The notes under the pieces are model-generated. The model saw nothing but the letters and a program-made list of their open reading frames with translations. It ran no database searches and was not told the origin of the DNA. From Heptranchias perlo (taxonomy: Eukaryota): a stretch of DNA of 64,000 nucleotides. A program made the position numbers and the translations under genes. Each line of letters starts with the position of its first letter. Position 1 is the stretch's first letter. Below are positions 35,450-49,747 of the stretch, one piece after another. The stretch spans positions 2,170,001 through 2,234,000 of the forward strand of contig NW_027139623.1 of assembly GCF_035084215.1 (NCBI RefSeq), in the 5' to 3' direction.

Positions 35450-38400
35450 GCTGTGACAGTGTTACCTGAGAAACAAATTAGATATCAGTTTATAATATAC
35501 TCATAGTATGAGATTTAAAGATACTGTATCAATTCTATTAGTCCAGACTGAGATACACATTACACACGAGTCCAAAAATCTTATAAAATAAAATTTAAAG
35601 TTACAGAATCAATTCCTTTAGTGCAGACTGATCTACACATTACATACCAATTCACCAAATCATTTTGAAAGATTCATTATCATTCACAATAGTAATCACA
35701 GAAATACACATTTAATACTCGTCCAAAAAGCACACAAATTATCTGATTAAAACCTCCAGCATCAAATCCTAAAGTGTATCCATTTTTACCAATTAAATAA
35801 TGAGAAGAACTACTGAAATATTAAGATATTAAAGCGACAGTATTGAATACCATAATATAATCTGAGAGAATAATTACATACAGATACAGAATGAATGTCA
35901 CGCTCAAATACAGGACAGAGACACACAGACACAGAATGAATCCCACACTCACCATACTGTACCAGAGACTGACAGATGGCAGAAGGAATCCCAAACTCAC
36001 ATACAGTACTAGAGGTTGCCAGACATAAATTCAGTCCCACACTCAAGTATGGTACGAGAGATGACAGATGCAGAATGAATCACACACAGGCATACAGTAC
36101 CAGAGACTGATAGATACAGAATGAATCCCACACTCACACACAGTACCAGAGACTGACTGATACAGAATGAATCCCACACTCACACACAGTACCAGAGACT
36201 GACTGACACAGAATGAATCCCACAGTCACAAACAGCACCAGAGACTGACAAATACAGAATGAATCCCACACTCACACACAGTACCAGAGACTGACTGATA
36301 CAGAATGAATCCCACACTCACACACAGTACCAGAGACTGACTGACACAGAATGAATCCCACAGTCACAAACAGCACCAGAGACTGACAAATACAGAATGA
36401 ATCCCACACTCACACACAGTACCAGAGACTGAATGACACAGAATGAATCCCACAGTCACAAACAGCACCAGAGACTGACAAATACAGAATGAATCTCACA
36501 CTCACACACAGTACCAGAGACTGACTGACACAGAATGAATCCCACAGTCACAAACAGCACCAGAGACTGAAAATACAGAATAAATCCCACACTCACACAC
36601 AGTACCAAAGACGGACAGATACAGAATGAATCCTAAACTCACACACAGCACCAGAGACTGACAGATACAGAATGAATCCTACACTCACACACAGCACCGG
36701 AGACTGACAGAAACAGAATGAATCCCACACTAACAAACATTATGAGAAACTGCATATATGGAAATAATTCAAAACCCACACACAGTACCAGAGTATGTAT
36801 ATACAGAATGAATCCCACAGTCAAATAGAGTACCAGAGAGTGACAGATACAGCATGAATCCCACACTCACATGCAGTACCAGATGCTGAGAGATGCAAAG
36901 TGAATCTCACAGTCACCTATATTAGTGCAGGCTGAGTTACAAATTACTTACCAGTGCAAAAATCTCACAGTCACAGACTGAAAGATACCGTATCAATTCC
37001 ATCAATGCAGGCTTAGTTACACATTACATACCAGTCCAAAAATCTCATAGTGTCAGATTGAAAGATACAGTATCAATTCCATGAGTGCAGACTGAGCTAC
37101 ACATTCAAAACCATTACAAAAAAATTGACACAGATTCAGACTGAAATATACAGTATTCTATTCATGCAGACTGAGCTCCACATTATATACAAGTTCAAAA
37201 ATGTCACCATATCAGTTTGGAGGATACACTAATTCACAATTGTGTTCCCATCGATACAGATTTAATAGAAGTCCAAAAAGTGCCCACATTATCTGAATAT
37301 ATCTGACAGCATTACATTTTAAAATATATCATTATCTACCAATTAAAGACTGGGAAATAATATTCATACATTAAGGTATTAAAGATACAGTTTTGAATGC
37401 CATACTGTAAATGGAGATACAAATTAGATACAGATAAAGAATGAATCTCACACTCCGATAGAGTGCCAGAGACTGATATATGGAATAAATCCCAAACTCA
37501 TACAATGTACCAGAGACTGACAGATTCAAAATGAATCCCACATTCACACACTGTAGCACAGACTGACAGATACAGAATTGATATCACTCACATACAGCAT
37601 CAGAAATTGATAGATACAGAATGAATGTCTCACCCACACACAATACGAGAGACTGACAGATACAGAATGAATCCCACACCCACACACAATACCAGAGACT
37701 GACAGATACAGAAGGAATCCCTCATCCACACACAATACCAGAGACTGACAGATACAGAATGATTCCCACACTCACATAGAGTACCAGGAACAGAATGAAT
37801 TTCACTCACATACAGTAGCAGAAACTGACAGATACAGAATGAATATCACAGTCACATTACTGCAGACTGAGTTACACTTTACAGACCAGTCCAAAGATTT
37901 CCTGGTGCCAGATTGAAAGATACAGCATAAATTCCATTAGTGCAGACTGAGCTACATATTAGATATATTGGTAAATACTCAGTATTATACTGAAATAAAT
38001 AGTATCAATACCATTGGTACAGACTGAGCTACACATTATATACCAGTCCAAAAACCTCATAAATGAGCAGACAGGAAGATACAGTTTCTATTCTATTAGT
38101 ACCGCCTGAGCTGTACAATACATACAAGACTGAAAATCCCATACAACATTAGACTGAAAGATACAGTATCGATTTCATTAGTGCAGACTGAGCCACACAT
38201 TATATAGCAGTCCAACAATCTCATATCCTATCAGACTCAAAGATACAACATCAATTCCATGAGCACAGACTGAGCTACATGTTACTCACCAGTCCTAAAA
38301 TCTTAGAGAATCAGATTGAAAGATTCAGTATCACTTCCATTATTGAAGACTGAGCTACACATCACATTCCAGTCCAAAAATCTCATACAGTATCAGACTG

Positions 38401-40893
38401 ATAGATAGAGTATCAATTCCTTTAGTTCAGGATGAGCTACATATTGCTTACCAGTCCAAAAATCTCACACAGTGTTCAACTCCGAGACAGAATTAGTCCC
38501 ATTATTGCAGACTGAACTACACATTACATACCAGTCCAGTAATTTCACCATGAACAGATTGAAAGGTACATTGTCATTCACAATAGAGTTTAGAGATTAA
38601 TATGTAATACTACTCCAAAACTCACACACATTCTTTGATTAAAGAAAATCAAAAGAAATCCATATTTACAAATTAAATAATCAACAGAGAACTATATATA
38701 ATTTAAAGTATTAAAGATACAGTTTCAAATAAGATACTGTAAACTGAAATAAGAATACAGAATGAATTCAGACTTGCACATTGTCTCAGAGACTGAATTA
38801 CAGAATGAATCCCACACTGAGATAAAGTTGCAGAGAATGGCAGATACAGAATGAATCCCACATTCACATACAGCACCAGAGACTGACAGATACAGAATGA
38901 ATCCATCACTTATATATAGTACCCCTGAGACTCACAGATGCAGAATATACACCAAGCTCACAGTCAGTACCAGAGACTGACAGATATAGAATGAATCCTA
39001 CACTCACATAGAGTACCACGAACAGAATGAATCTCACTCACGCACAGTATCAGGGACTGACAGATATAGAATGAATCCGACACTCACACACCATACCAGG
39101 AACAGAATGAATCTCACTCATGCACAGTACCAGGGGCTGACAGATAAAGAATGAATCTCACACTCACAAACAGTACCAGAGACTGTCAGATACAGAATGA
39201 ATCTCACACTCACAAACAGTACCAGAGACTGACAGATACAGAATGAATCTCACACTCACATACAGTACCAGAGACTGACAGATACAGAATGAAGCTCACA
39301 CTCACATACAGTACCAGAGACTGACAGATACCGAATGAATCTCACACTCACAAACAGTACCAGAGACTGACAGATGCAGAATGAATCTCACAATGACATT
39401 ACTGCAGACTGAGTTGCGCATTACATACCAGTCCAAAAATCTCATCGTGTCAGATTGAAAGATACAGTGTCAATTCCATTGGTGCAGACTGAGCTGCATA
39501 TTCGATATATTGGTAATACTCATGTTATACTGAAATAAACATTATCAATACCATTGGTACAGACTGAGCTACACATTACATTCGAGTCCACAAACCCCAT
39601 AAATGATCAGACTGGAAGGTATAGTTTAAATTCTATTCACACCACCTGAGCTAAAATTAAATAACAGCCCAACAATCTCATACAATATTAGACTGAAAGA
39701 TACAGTATCGATTCCGTGAGTGCAGACAGGGCCACAGATTATATAGCAGTCCAACAATGTCACAACATATCAGACTCAAAGATACAATTTCAATTCCATT
39801 AGCCTAGACTGAGCTATATGTTACTCACCAGTCCAAAAGTCTCTCACAGTGTTAGACTCCGACACAGAATTAATCACATTATTGCAGACTGAACTACACA
39901 TTACATACTAGTCCAATAATTTCAACGTGAACAGATTGAAAGGTACATTATCATTCACAATAGATTTCAGAGATTAAGAGGTAATACCACTCCAAAACTC
40001 ACACACATTGTTTGATTAAAGAAAATCGAAAAGTGCATCCATATTATCAAATCAAATACTCGACAAAGAACTGTATATAATTTGGAGTGTTAAAGATACA
40101 TTTTCAAGTACGATACTCTGAACTGAAATAAGAATATGGAATTAATTCAAACTTGCACATTGTCTCAGAGACTGAATTACATAATGAATCCCACACTGAG
40201 ATAAAGCAGCAGAGAATGGCAGATACAAAATGAATCCCACTCACACTGACAGGTACATAGTTAATTCCACACTCACACACAGCACCAGAGACTGGCAGTG
40301 ATGGAATTAACCTCACACTGACATAAAGCACCAGAGACTGTCAGATACAGAATAAACTCCACTCTCATATACAGTACCAGAGATAGACAGATACAGAATA
40401 AACCCCACTCTCATATACAGTACCAGAGATAGACAGATACAGAATAAACCCCACTCTCATATACAGTACCAGAGACAGACAGACAGGTACAGAATAAACA
40501 CCACTCTCAAAAACGGTACCAGAGACAGACAGATACAGAATAAACCTCACTCTCATATACAGTACCAGAGACTGACAGATACAGAATAAACCCCACTCTC
40601 ATATACAGTACCAGAGACTGTCAGATACAGAATAAACCCCACTCTCATATACAGTACCAGAGACTGTCAGATACAGAATAAACCCCACTCTCATATACAG
40701 TACCAGAGACTGTCAGATACAGAATAAACCCCACTCTCATATACAGTACCAGAGACTGTCCGATACAGAATAAACCCCACTCTCATATACAGTACCAGAG
40801 ACTGTCAGATACAGAATAAACCCCACTCTCATATACAGTACCAGAGACTGTCAGATACAGAATAAACCCCACTCTCATATACAGTACCAAAAA
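35450..40893 (+). repeat. Composite 82-bp/46-bp minisatellite
   Basis: Same units as 4250-7930; homogeneous 46-mer runs at ~36100-36700 and ~40330-40890. Confidence 0.9.
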
Positions 40894-41518
40894 CTGACCT
40901 CTACTGGACGTAAGCGAGAACTGTAAAAAAGCGGAACAAATTCACATTATCTGTCATGGTTACAGAAACAGGACAATGTGCAATGTGAGGAAAGTTTCTG
41001 TCTGTAAATTTTACTCTCGTATTTTTGCACATTTTGACGGTGAAACATGAAGACAATTGATTCATAATAATGTTTTTCTTTCACTCATTCGATAGTTGTG
41101 AATTTGCCCCATTATATTTCACTGTACATTGCGCAGTGTTTCTCTCTGATTTCTCAGGATGATTTACATTGCTCCTCTACCCAATTTAGACTCGTATTTT
41201 CCAAGCAGTATGTGGCCTCCTTATTCCCCGTAGCGAAATGCAGCATCTCACACCTTTCTATATTGAAATTCAATGGCCATTTACACGGCCGTTCTGCAAG
41301 TTTATTTTGTCCCAGTCTTCCTCAGTATTGACAATACCCCCGAAATCAATTACAAGAATTTAACACAGCATTACAAGTAGTGTTTGGTCAAACAAAATGT
41401 ACTTGGAGCTCGTCTCCATTCCCAGTTTTTCTAAATCCCACCCGTACAATATAATGTGAAGAATGAGTTTATCTTCTGTCCCTCTCTCATCTGTAAACTT
41501 CAATGACCCGGGGTTTGG

Positions 41519-41550
41519 GGACATCTACTGGCCGGAAGCAGAACTGCAAC
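41519..41550 (-). promoter_or_regulatory. CTCF-like site with upstream (U) motif
   Basis: Minus strand TGCAGTTCTgcttccGGCCAGTAGATGTCC; related sites at 40894-40926, 44123-44156, 46216-46247, 63943-63975. Confidence 0.55.
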
Positions 41551-42349
41551 AGTTCGGAACAAATTGCTGAAACCGGACAATGTGCAGTGTGAGCGTGTTT
41601 GTGATTGGTGGCAGGTATTAAATCTGATTTTTTTATACCTGTCCATTAAACTTTACTGTTTGTTACTGAACAGTAAACAGAGCCGGACAGAAAGGATGTG
41701 GGGAGTTATACAAAGAGCACCTATTGCAGGCATCAGGTGAGAAGTTTGAAGGACTCATTTTGAACAGCGGCTGTTTTGTTTCGGTTGAACTGTTCATTCC
41801 AAGGGAGAGGGAATTAGAAATCTGATGTGTGCAACGGTCCCGTCCCCATCGGTAGTCCCATTCATGGATCAGTGCAGGGGTTCGGTTGTGTCTGGATGTC
41901 ACTAAATTGTTGTAAAACAGCCCAACACACTTGGTGTGCAGAAGCTGAGTGCTGCAGTACTGCAGTTGAGTCAGACACTGACACTTTGTATCGCTGGTTT
42001 TCATTTGTGGTTATTACAATGATTATTAACAGAGATTCAATTGATCAGTTTTCTATTTTCTACTTCACCTGTTCTTGAATTACAAGACATACTTTTTCTT
42101 CCTACAGTTAAATCCTTGAAGGACCCAGAATCAGTGTGATGTTTACTCCACCCGGGGCACAAAGAGCAGTCAGTGCAGCCAGCTCCTTCTCACACACAGT
42201 AGGTACCTTATCACTCACAGAGCACAGAGACACAGACAAGTCATCAGTCCCACAGTCTCAGACAGCAGAAATAGTCAGTCGCGCACTGATCCCAATCCAA
42301 CAGTCAAAGAGAGCAGGAGAGAAAGACATAATTCCCATTTCACAATGAC

Positions 42350-44122
42350 TCAGTATCGCTGACCGGCAGATAAATATTTCCCAGTCCAAAATCACACCCA
42401 GTATCAGATTGAAAGGCACGGTGTTAATCTCACATTCGTTCAGCCTTAGCTGCAAATTAAATACCAGGTAGAACTGACACATGGTACTGATCGATAGATA
42501 CAGAATGAATCACAATAGTGTACTCCAAGATTCAAATTAAATACCAGCCCACAACTCACACACATTATGAGTTTAAAGATGCCATATTCATGACAATAGT
42601 GTACACTGAGATATAAATTAGATACCAGTTCAGATGTTACCCATATTTGACTCACATATGTCCAAAAACCTCATAGTGTCAGAATGAAATGTACAGTTTC
42701 AATTCCTTTACTGCAGGCTGAGGTACACATTAGATACCAGTCGAAAATTCTCATACAGTATCAGATTGAAAGACACTGTATCAATCCCATTATTGCAGAC
42801 TGAGCTACACATCACATACCAGTCCAAAAATCTCAGTGTCAAGTTGAAAGATACAGTATCAATCCCATTAGTGCAGATTGAGCTACACATTATATACCAG
42901 TCCAAAATTCGCATAAGGTATCGTACTGGAAGATAAAATATCAATTCCTTTACTGCAGACAGAGGTTCACATTAGATACCTGTCCAAAAATCACATACAG
43001 TATCATACTGAAATATATAGTATCGATTTGATTAGTACAGACTGACCGACACGTTACATACCAGTACAAAAATCTCACACAGTGTCAGACTGGAAGATAC
43101 AGTATCAATTCCATTAGTGCAGACTGAACTATACCTTACAAACCAGTCTAAATATATTGTGCAGTGTCAGACTGAAAGGTACAGTCTGAATTCCATTCGT
43201 GCAGACTGAGCTACACATTATATACCGTCCAAAATTCACATACATCATCATACTGAAACAGACAGTGTGAATCCCATTAGTGTAGTCTCAGCTACACATC
43301 AGAAACTAGTCCAAAAATCTCTCGCAGTGTCTGACTGAAAGTTAGAGTGTCAATTCCATTAGTACAGTCTGAACCACACATTTCATACCAGTCGAAAAAT
43401 CTCATACAGTGTCAGACTGAAAGATACAATATCAATTCCATTAGCCCAGACTGAGCTACACAATAAATACCAGTCCAATAATTTCACAGTAAAAGATTGA
43501 AATGTACATTATCTTCACAGAGATTAAAATGTAATCCGACAACAAAACTCACACACGTTGTTTGATTAAAATAAAATCCGAAACTGTATCCATATTTACA
43601 AATTAATGCTAGATGAAAGATTTGCATACATTAATGACTTAAAGATACAGTTTGAAACACCATACTGTAACCTGAAATAAGAATACAGAACGAATCCAGA
43701 CTTGCACTTTGCCCAGAGACTGAGTTACAGAATGAATCCAAACTGAGATAAAATACCAGAGACTGACAGTCAAAGAATGAATCCCACACTCACAGATAGC
43801 ACCAGAGATTGACAGATACAGAATGAATCCCACACTCACACACATTCCCAGAGATTTACAGTCACAGAACGAATCCCACACTCACATACAGTACCAGAGA
43901 CTGAGAGATACAGAATGAATCCCACACTCACAGACTGCACTGGAGACTGACGGATACAGAATGAATATCACACTCACATACAGTACCAGAGATTGACAGA
44001 TACAGAATGAATCCCACACTCACAGACTGTACTGGAGACTGACGGATACAGAATGAATATCAGACTCACATACAGTAACAGAGACTGACAGACAGAGAAT
44101 TAATCCCACACTCACATGCAGT
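42350..44122 (+). repeat. Composite 82-bp/46-bp minisatellite
   Basis: Long run of ~82-mers (about 42650-43490) followed by 46-mers. Confidence 0.88.
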
Positions 44123-44504
44123 CTGACATCTACTGGCCATAAGTGAGAACTGTAACAGAGTGGAACAAATTCACATTATCTTTCGTCGTTCCAGATTCAG
44201 GACAATGTGTAATGTGAGGAAATAGTTTCTCTCTGTAACTTCTACTCTCGTACTTTTTCATCTTTTGTCCGTGAAAAATTAGACAATTGATTCATAATAA
44301 AGTTTTTGTTTTGCTCATTCGAAAGTTGCCACATTATGTTTCACTCGACATTGCACAAGATTTCTGTCTGATTTCTCAGGACTCGATTTATATTAATTCA
44401 AATAAACCGAACTGAAACACAAATAAAAACTGAGGGCAAATCTGCAAGTTTCAACGGCGACCGTCAAAAGTGAAAGGGATAAAATATAGAAAAAATTGAA
44501 ACCG

Positions 44505-44605
44505 AAAATGCTGGAAAGACTCAGCAGGTATGGCAGCATCTGTGGAGAAGGGAAGCTCAGGTTAACGGTTCAGGACTATGACCCTTCCATAGATCAGAAA
44601 GGTTA
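44505..44605 (-). mobile_element. Degenerate Penelope-like fragment
   Basis: AAATGCTGGAAAGACTCAGCAGGTATGGCAGCATCTGTGGAG resembles, from recollection, a common elasmobranch PLE end; degraded. Confidence 0.4.
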
Positions 44606-45099
44606 ATCCGACATAATTGAAATAAGGAACGGGAATCAGCAGAAAATCAATTAATTTCACTGAATCCGGGCAATTGTGTTCCGTATCCACCGTACAGATC
44701 AGGGCACATAATAATACAAAGGATCAGAGTTAAATTCAACGTTATGGGAGAAATAAATGAATTTTAAAAGTATTTTTATGTAAATTTGACCCGTTTGTGT
44801 TTTGGAAACACTATCGCTCTGAACATCATCAAATTCGGTTCCAGTCTTGGTGTTTCTGAATTCAGCGAACTGGGATTCAAACCTGTTGGAATTAACTGTT
44901 TGGAAGGCAGCTCTACTCACCATTATAGCACCTTAGTTCACTCGGAGGGAGAAATAGAGTGTTTCTGTGGAGTTTCGGAGTGAATTGCTCCCTTTTGATT
45001 TCTGGCACTTTAATCATAGACAATAAGTAGTTCCCAAACATCAGCCCCTGAACAGACACAACAAGCTGATGGAATTTCTCATTCTTTGATATTAAATAA

Positions 45100-46030
45100 G
45101 GTGATGGCAAAAGCGAATGGAAAGAGGTTAGGAAGAAGTCACAAAAACAATTAGGGAAGCAAACAGGAACTACGAAATCAAATTATCAAGGAATACAAAA
45201 AGAAATAGTGAATTATTCCACAGGCACAAAAATAACAAAAGGAAAATCAGAATATCTGAGGGCCACGAAGGGATGCACAAGATAAACTAACAGATAACGT
45301 CAGCGAAATGGCAGAAATATTGAATTATTACTTTGCCTCAGTATTTACCCGGGAGATTAAAAGGGTGAACATGATATTAGAGGAAGAGGTCAATAAAGAT
45401 ATCAAGACATTTAAGTTAGAAAGGGTGGTTAAACTCCTGGTCCAGATGGATTGCATCCGTGCATATTAAATGAAGCAAGGGAAGGGACAGCAGAGGCACT
45501 GTTACATATATAGAAAAAATCATCACAAAAAGGAATAGTGCCAGAGGACTGGATGACAGTTAATGTGATTCTTATATTTTAAAACAGGAGATAGAACAAG
45601 TCCAGGGAACTAAAGGTCGGTGGTAGGAATGATCATGGAATCTTTTACTCAATGCTGCAATAGAAAAAACATCGAGAAACCGAAAATATAATAAAGAATA
45701 GTCAGCACGGATTTCAGAAAGGGAAGGTTTAACAGTTTGACAGAAGGTTTGAAAGTTTAAATTATAGTTCAACATAACTTATCAGCTTTTCAATTCTACT
45801 CCTCCAGAAACAAACCTCCGTGTTTGCTTTTTATGGACTTATCAACCTGTGTTGCTACATTTAAAGATTTGTCAATCTGTACCCCTAAATCCATTTACTC
45901 TTCGACTCCATTTAGACTCTTATTTTCCAAGCAGTATGTGGCCTCCTTATTCCCCCGAGCAAAATGCACCACCTCACACCTTTCTATATGGAAATTCAAA
46001 GGCCATTTGCACCGCCTTTCAGCAAGCTTA
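45100..46030. mobile_element. Degenerate CR1-type LINE fragments (plus strand ~45100-45740, minus strand ~45770-46030)
   Basis: Plus-strand motifs AEILNYYFASVFT, PGPDGLHP, VPEDW. Confidence 0.7.
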
Positions 46031-46498
46031 GTCAGTATAGATAATACCCCCTAAATTCATTACAAGCATTTAATACAGCATTACAACTAATGTTTTATCA
46101 ATAAAATGTTCTCCATTCCCAGTTTTTGAAAATCCCACCCGTGCAATATAATGTGAAGAATGAGTTTATCTTCTGTCCCTCTCTCATCTGTAAACTTCAA
46201 TGACCCGGGGTTTGGGGACATCTACTGGCCGGAAGCAGAACTGCAACAGTTCGGAACAAATTGCTGAAACCGGACAAGGTGCAGTGTGAGCGTGTTTGTG
46301 ATTGGTGGCAGGTATTAAATCTGATTGGTTTCTTCAGATATCCAATCAGATCGATAAAGGAAAAATATTGTGACATCAGTACCAATCACAATCATTACCT
46401 TCCCCAAACCCTCATTACCATAGGGCTGTGGGGCTGCCTATTTAATCCGAGCTCGGAGCGGATTTGAGTCATTTCTGGGCCTGAAATTGAGTTTGAAA

Positions 46499-46873
46499 AT
46501 ACCTGAGGACAAGAAAGCAGCTCCCAAGAAGGGCGCCAAGAAAACCTTGAGTAAAGCACCAGCCAAGGGCGGCAAGAAGCGGAGAAAGTCGAGGAAGGAG
46601 AGTTACTCCATCTACGTCTACAAAGTGATGAAGCAGGTTCACCCCGACACCGGCATCTCCTCCAAGGCCATGAGCATCATGAACTCCTTTGTGAACGATA
46701 TTTTCGAGCGCATCGCGGGTGAGGCTTCCCGCCTGGCCCATTATAATAAACGGGCGACCATCAGCTCCCGGGAGATCCAGACCGCCGTGCGCCTGCTGCT
46801 GCCCGGGGAACTGGCCAAGCACGCCGTGTCGGAAGGGACAAAGGCGGTGACCAAGTACACCAGCTCCAAGTAA
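46499..46873 (+). pseudogene. H2B: Histone H2B with ATA at the initiator position
   Basis: GAAA-ATA-CCT-GAG-GAC-AAG at 46499; remainder is a canonical H2B ([26 protein letters not shown]...TKYTSSK); CCAAT boxes upstream. Confidence 0.85.
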
Positions 46874-46909
46874 AACTCCACAATGTACTGAAAAAAAAAT
46901 AAACACAAA

Positions 46910-46925
46910 GGCTCTTTTAAGAGCC
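46910..46925 (+). terminator. Histone 3' stem-loop (H2B)
   Basis: GGCTCTTTTAAGAGCC-ACCCA. Confidence 0.92.
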
Positions 46926-47663
46926 ACCCACAGTCTCTCTGAAGACGCTGTACCGACCCCTCTGTATGGAATCATTTTACTGTAGATAGTTTGATACTAA
47001 CTGCCTCTCTATAACTCTTGTGTTTTTGTAGTTTCTCTTGAAATCTGGAAGATTCTCATAATCACTGCCCGGTTTAATCTGTGTGTCGCTTTTTTATTTC
47101 GTCCCAATAAACAAAAACGTGTCCCTGATCCTCTCATTCCCGTTCATTTTCCACCCCTTCCCCCGCATCTGCCCCTTCAGAGCCGTTTTAAGGCGGTGGA
47201 TGAGACTTCAGTCATTTCATTCTCCTTTTCACGTTTGTTTGTTCATTGTTCGGGAATATCACTTTCAGAGCCGCAATCCTTTGTAAAGCTGCAACCCTGA
47301 AAGGGACTTCACACCGAGTACAGAATAGTCTAAAGGCTCTGTCACTGTTCGACTTCTTACACCAGGAGTCTCGGCTCCGGTTTCTATCGCGCTGCAGCTC
47401 CTGTGAACAGGGATCAATCCACAATCTGTGGTTTGTTACTTTTACAAAGATTGAGCTGGAATCTGTCCCGTTACAAAATGGGACTTTATTGGAGCCCGAT
47501 TGAAAGCGAACGGTGAATGAAGCCGGATTTTAACCGGATTGTAAAAGATTCTGGAAGTTGTGATGGGAAATGTGGAACAACAGAGTAAAAGGAGAGAGAT
47601 TTTTAAATCTTTGTCTTAAGGCGAGTTTTTTTTCCTAAATCCGCTTCTTGTGTCACAAATATG

Positions 47664-48304
<641 letters not shown>

Positions 48305-48313
48305 TAACCCAAA

Positions 48314-48329
48314 GGCTCTTTTCAGAGCC
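48314..48329 (+). terminator. Histone 3' stem-loop (H2A)
   Basis: GGCTCTTTTCAGAGCC-ACCCA, HDE-like GAAAGGGCTG downstream. Confidence 0.92.
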
Positions 48330-48429
48330 ACCCACTGTATCTGTGAAAGGGCTGGTTACTGTCTGAAGAGACTGACCTATTGATTCCAGTTATCCCCGCT
48401 CTCCGTTCATATATTACATCGCTACAGCG

Positions 48430-48860
48430 GTTAAATTAATGGGAGCCAATGTAAGTCACCGAGCACATGGGTAATAGGTGAACGGGTCTTGGTGGGAGTT
48501 TGGATAGGGGAACGGAGTTTTGGAGGAGTTCAAGTTTACGGAGGGGGGAAGATAGGAGGCTGACCAGGAGAGCATTGTAATAGCCAAGTCTGGAGGTAAC
48601 AAGGGAATGGATGAGGGTTTCAGCACCAGATCAGCTGAGGCAGGGGAGTAAACGCGCGAAGTTTCTGAGGTGGAAGTTGGCAGTCTTGGTGGTGGTTCGG
48701 ATATGGGGTCGGATGCTCATCTCAGGGTCAAATTGGACGCTAAGGTTGCGAAGTTTAAGATTCCGCTTCACACAGTGGCCAGGGACGAGTCTCTGTGCAT
48801 CCCGGTCCCTGAATCCAGTCCCCACACTGGACCAGTCTCCATCCATCCCGGTGCCTGAAT
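48430..48860 (-). mobile_element. L2-type LINE RT fragment
   Basis: LRNLSVQFDPEMSIRPHIRTTTKTANFHLRNFARLLPCLS. Confidence 0.75.
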
Positions 48861-49301
48861 CAATCCAGTCCCAGACTGACCCAAGCACGGAAAGGTATCG
48901 GGTGCCTTCCACACCGATTTATGTTGATTGAACTATTGGGCGCCTTCTGTCAGCTACAAATATGAAAACTAAAACTCCCTCTTCCAACGGTCCCGTAGCG
49001 GCACTGATTGATTCTGTTATGATAGTGATTGTATTGGAACTGTAATGTGCCTCAATTATTGAATTTAAATTGTATTTTCCGCCTTTTTTTCCTAGAAATC
49101 CTTGAATATTAAGCCGCAGTCTGTAAGGATTGTGTCTGAATTTATATTTCGCATTTGATGCTGGTGAAAATTTTATAAAGGACGGTAACTAATTCCTGGA
49201 GGCGGAGCTTGAAGTTTCACGTCCGCTTGTCCGTCATTCCGAGCCAGTCTCCTCCCTCCCGCACTTCATGCTCCCGCACTTCATCCGATAATGTGCCTTT
49301 C

Positions 49302-49329
49302 TCAACCAGGTCGGGGCGGGCTTTATAAA
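49302..49329 (+). promoter_or_regulatory. H4 promoter: site II-like (TCAnnnnGGTC), GC box, TATA
   Basis: TCAACCAGGTCGGGGCGGGCTTTATAAA; similar TCAGTCAGGTCGG before the second H4. Confidence 0.65.
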
Positions 49330-49375
49330 TAGAGAAGAAAGGCGAGAGTTTTTCATTCAGCGGCGATCTGAGTGA

Positions 49376-49696
<321 letters not shown>

Positions 49697-49731
49697 ACAA
49701 TTCGACCCTTTCAAACCGGACACAAAACAAA

Positions 49732-49747
49732 GGCTCTTCGAAGAGCC
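49732..49747 (+). terminator. Histone 3' stem-loop (H4) with non-consensus loop TCGA
   Basis: GGCTCT-TCGA-AGAGCC-ACCCA; HDE-like AGAGAGAGC downstream. Confidence 0.85.

Larger units (their letters stand above)
31078..35450. repeat. Segmental duplication cassette, copy B
   Basis: Colinear with 1-4250 but lacks the 2258-2384 insertion. Confidence 0.88.
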
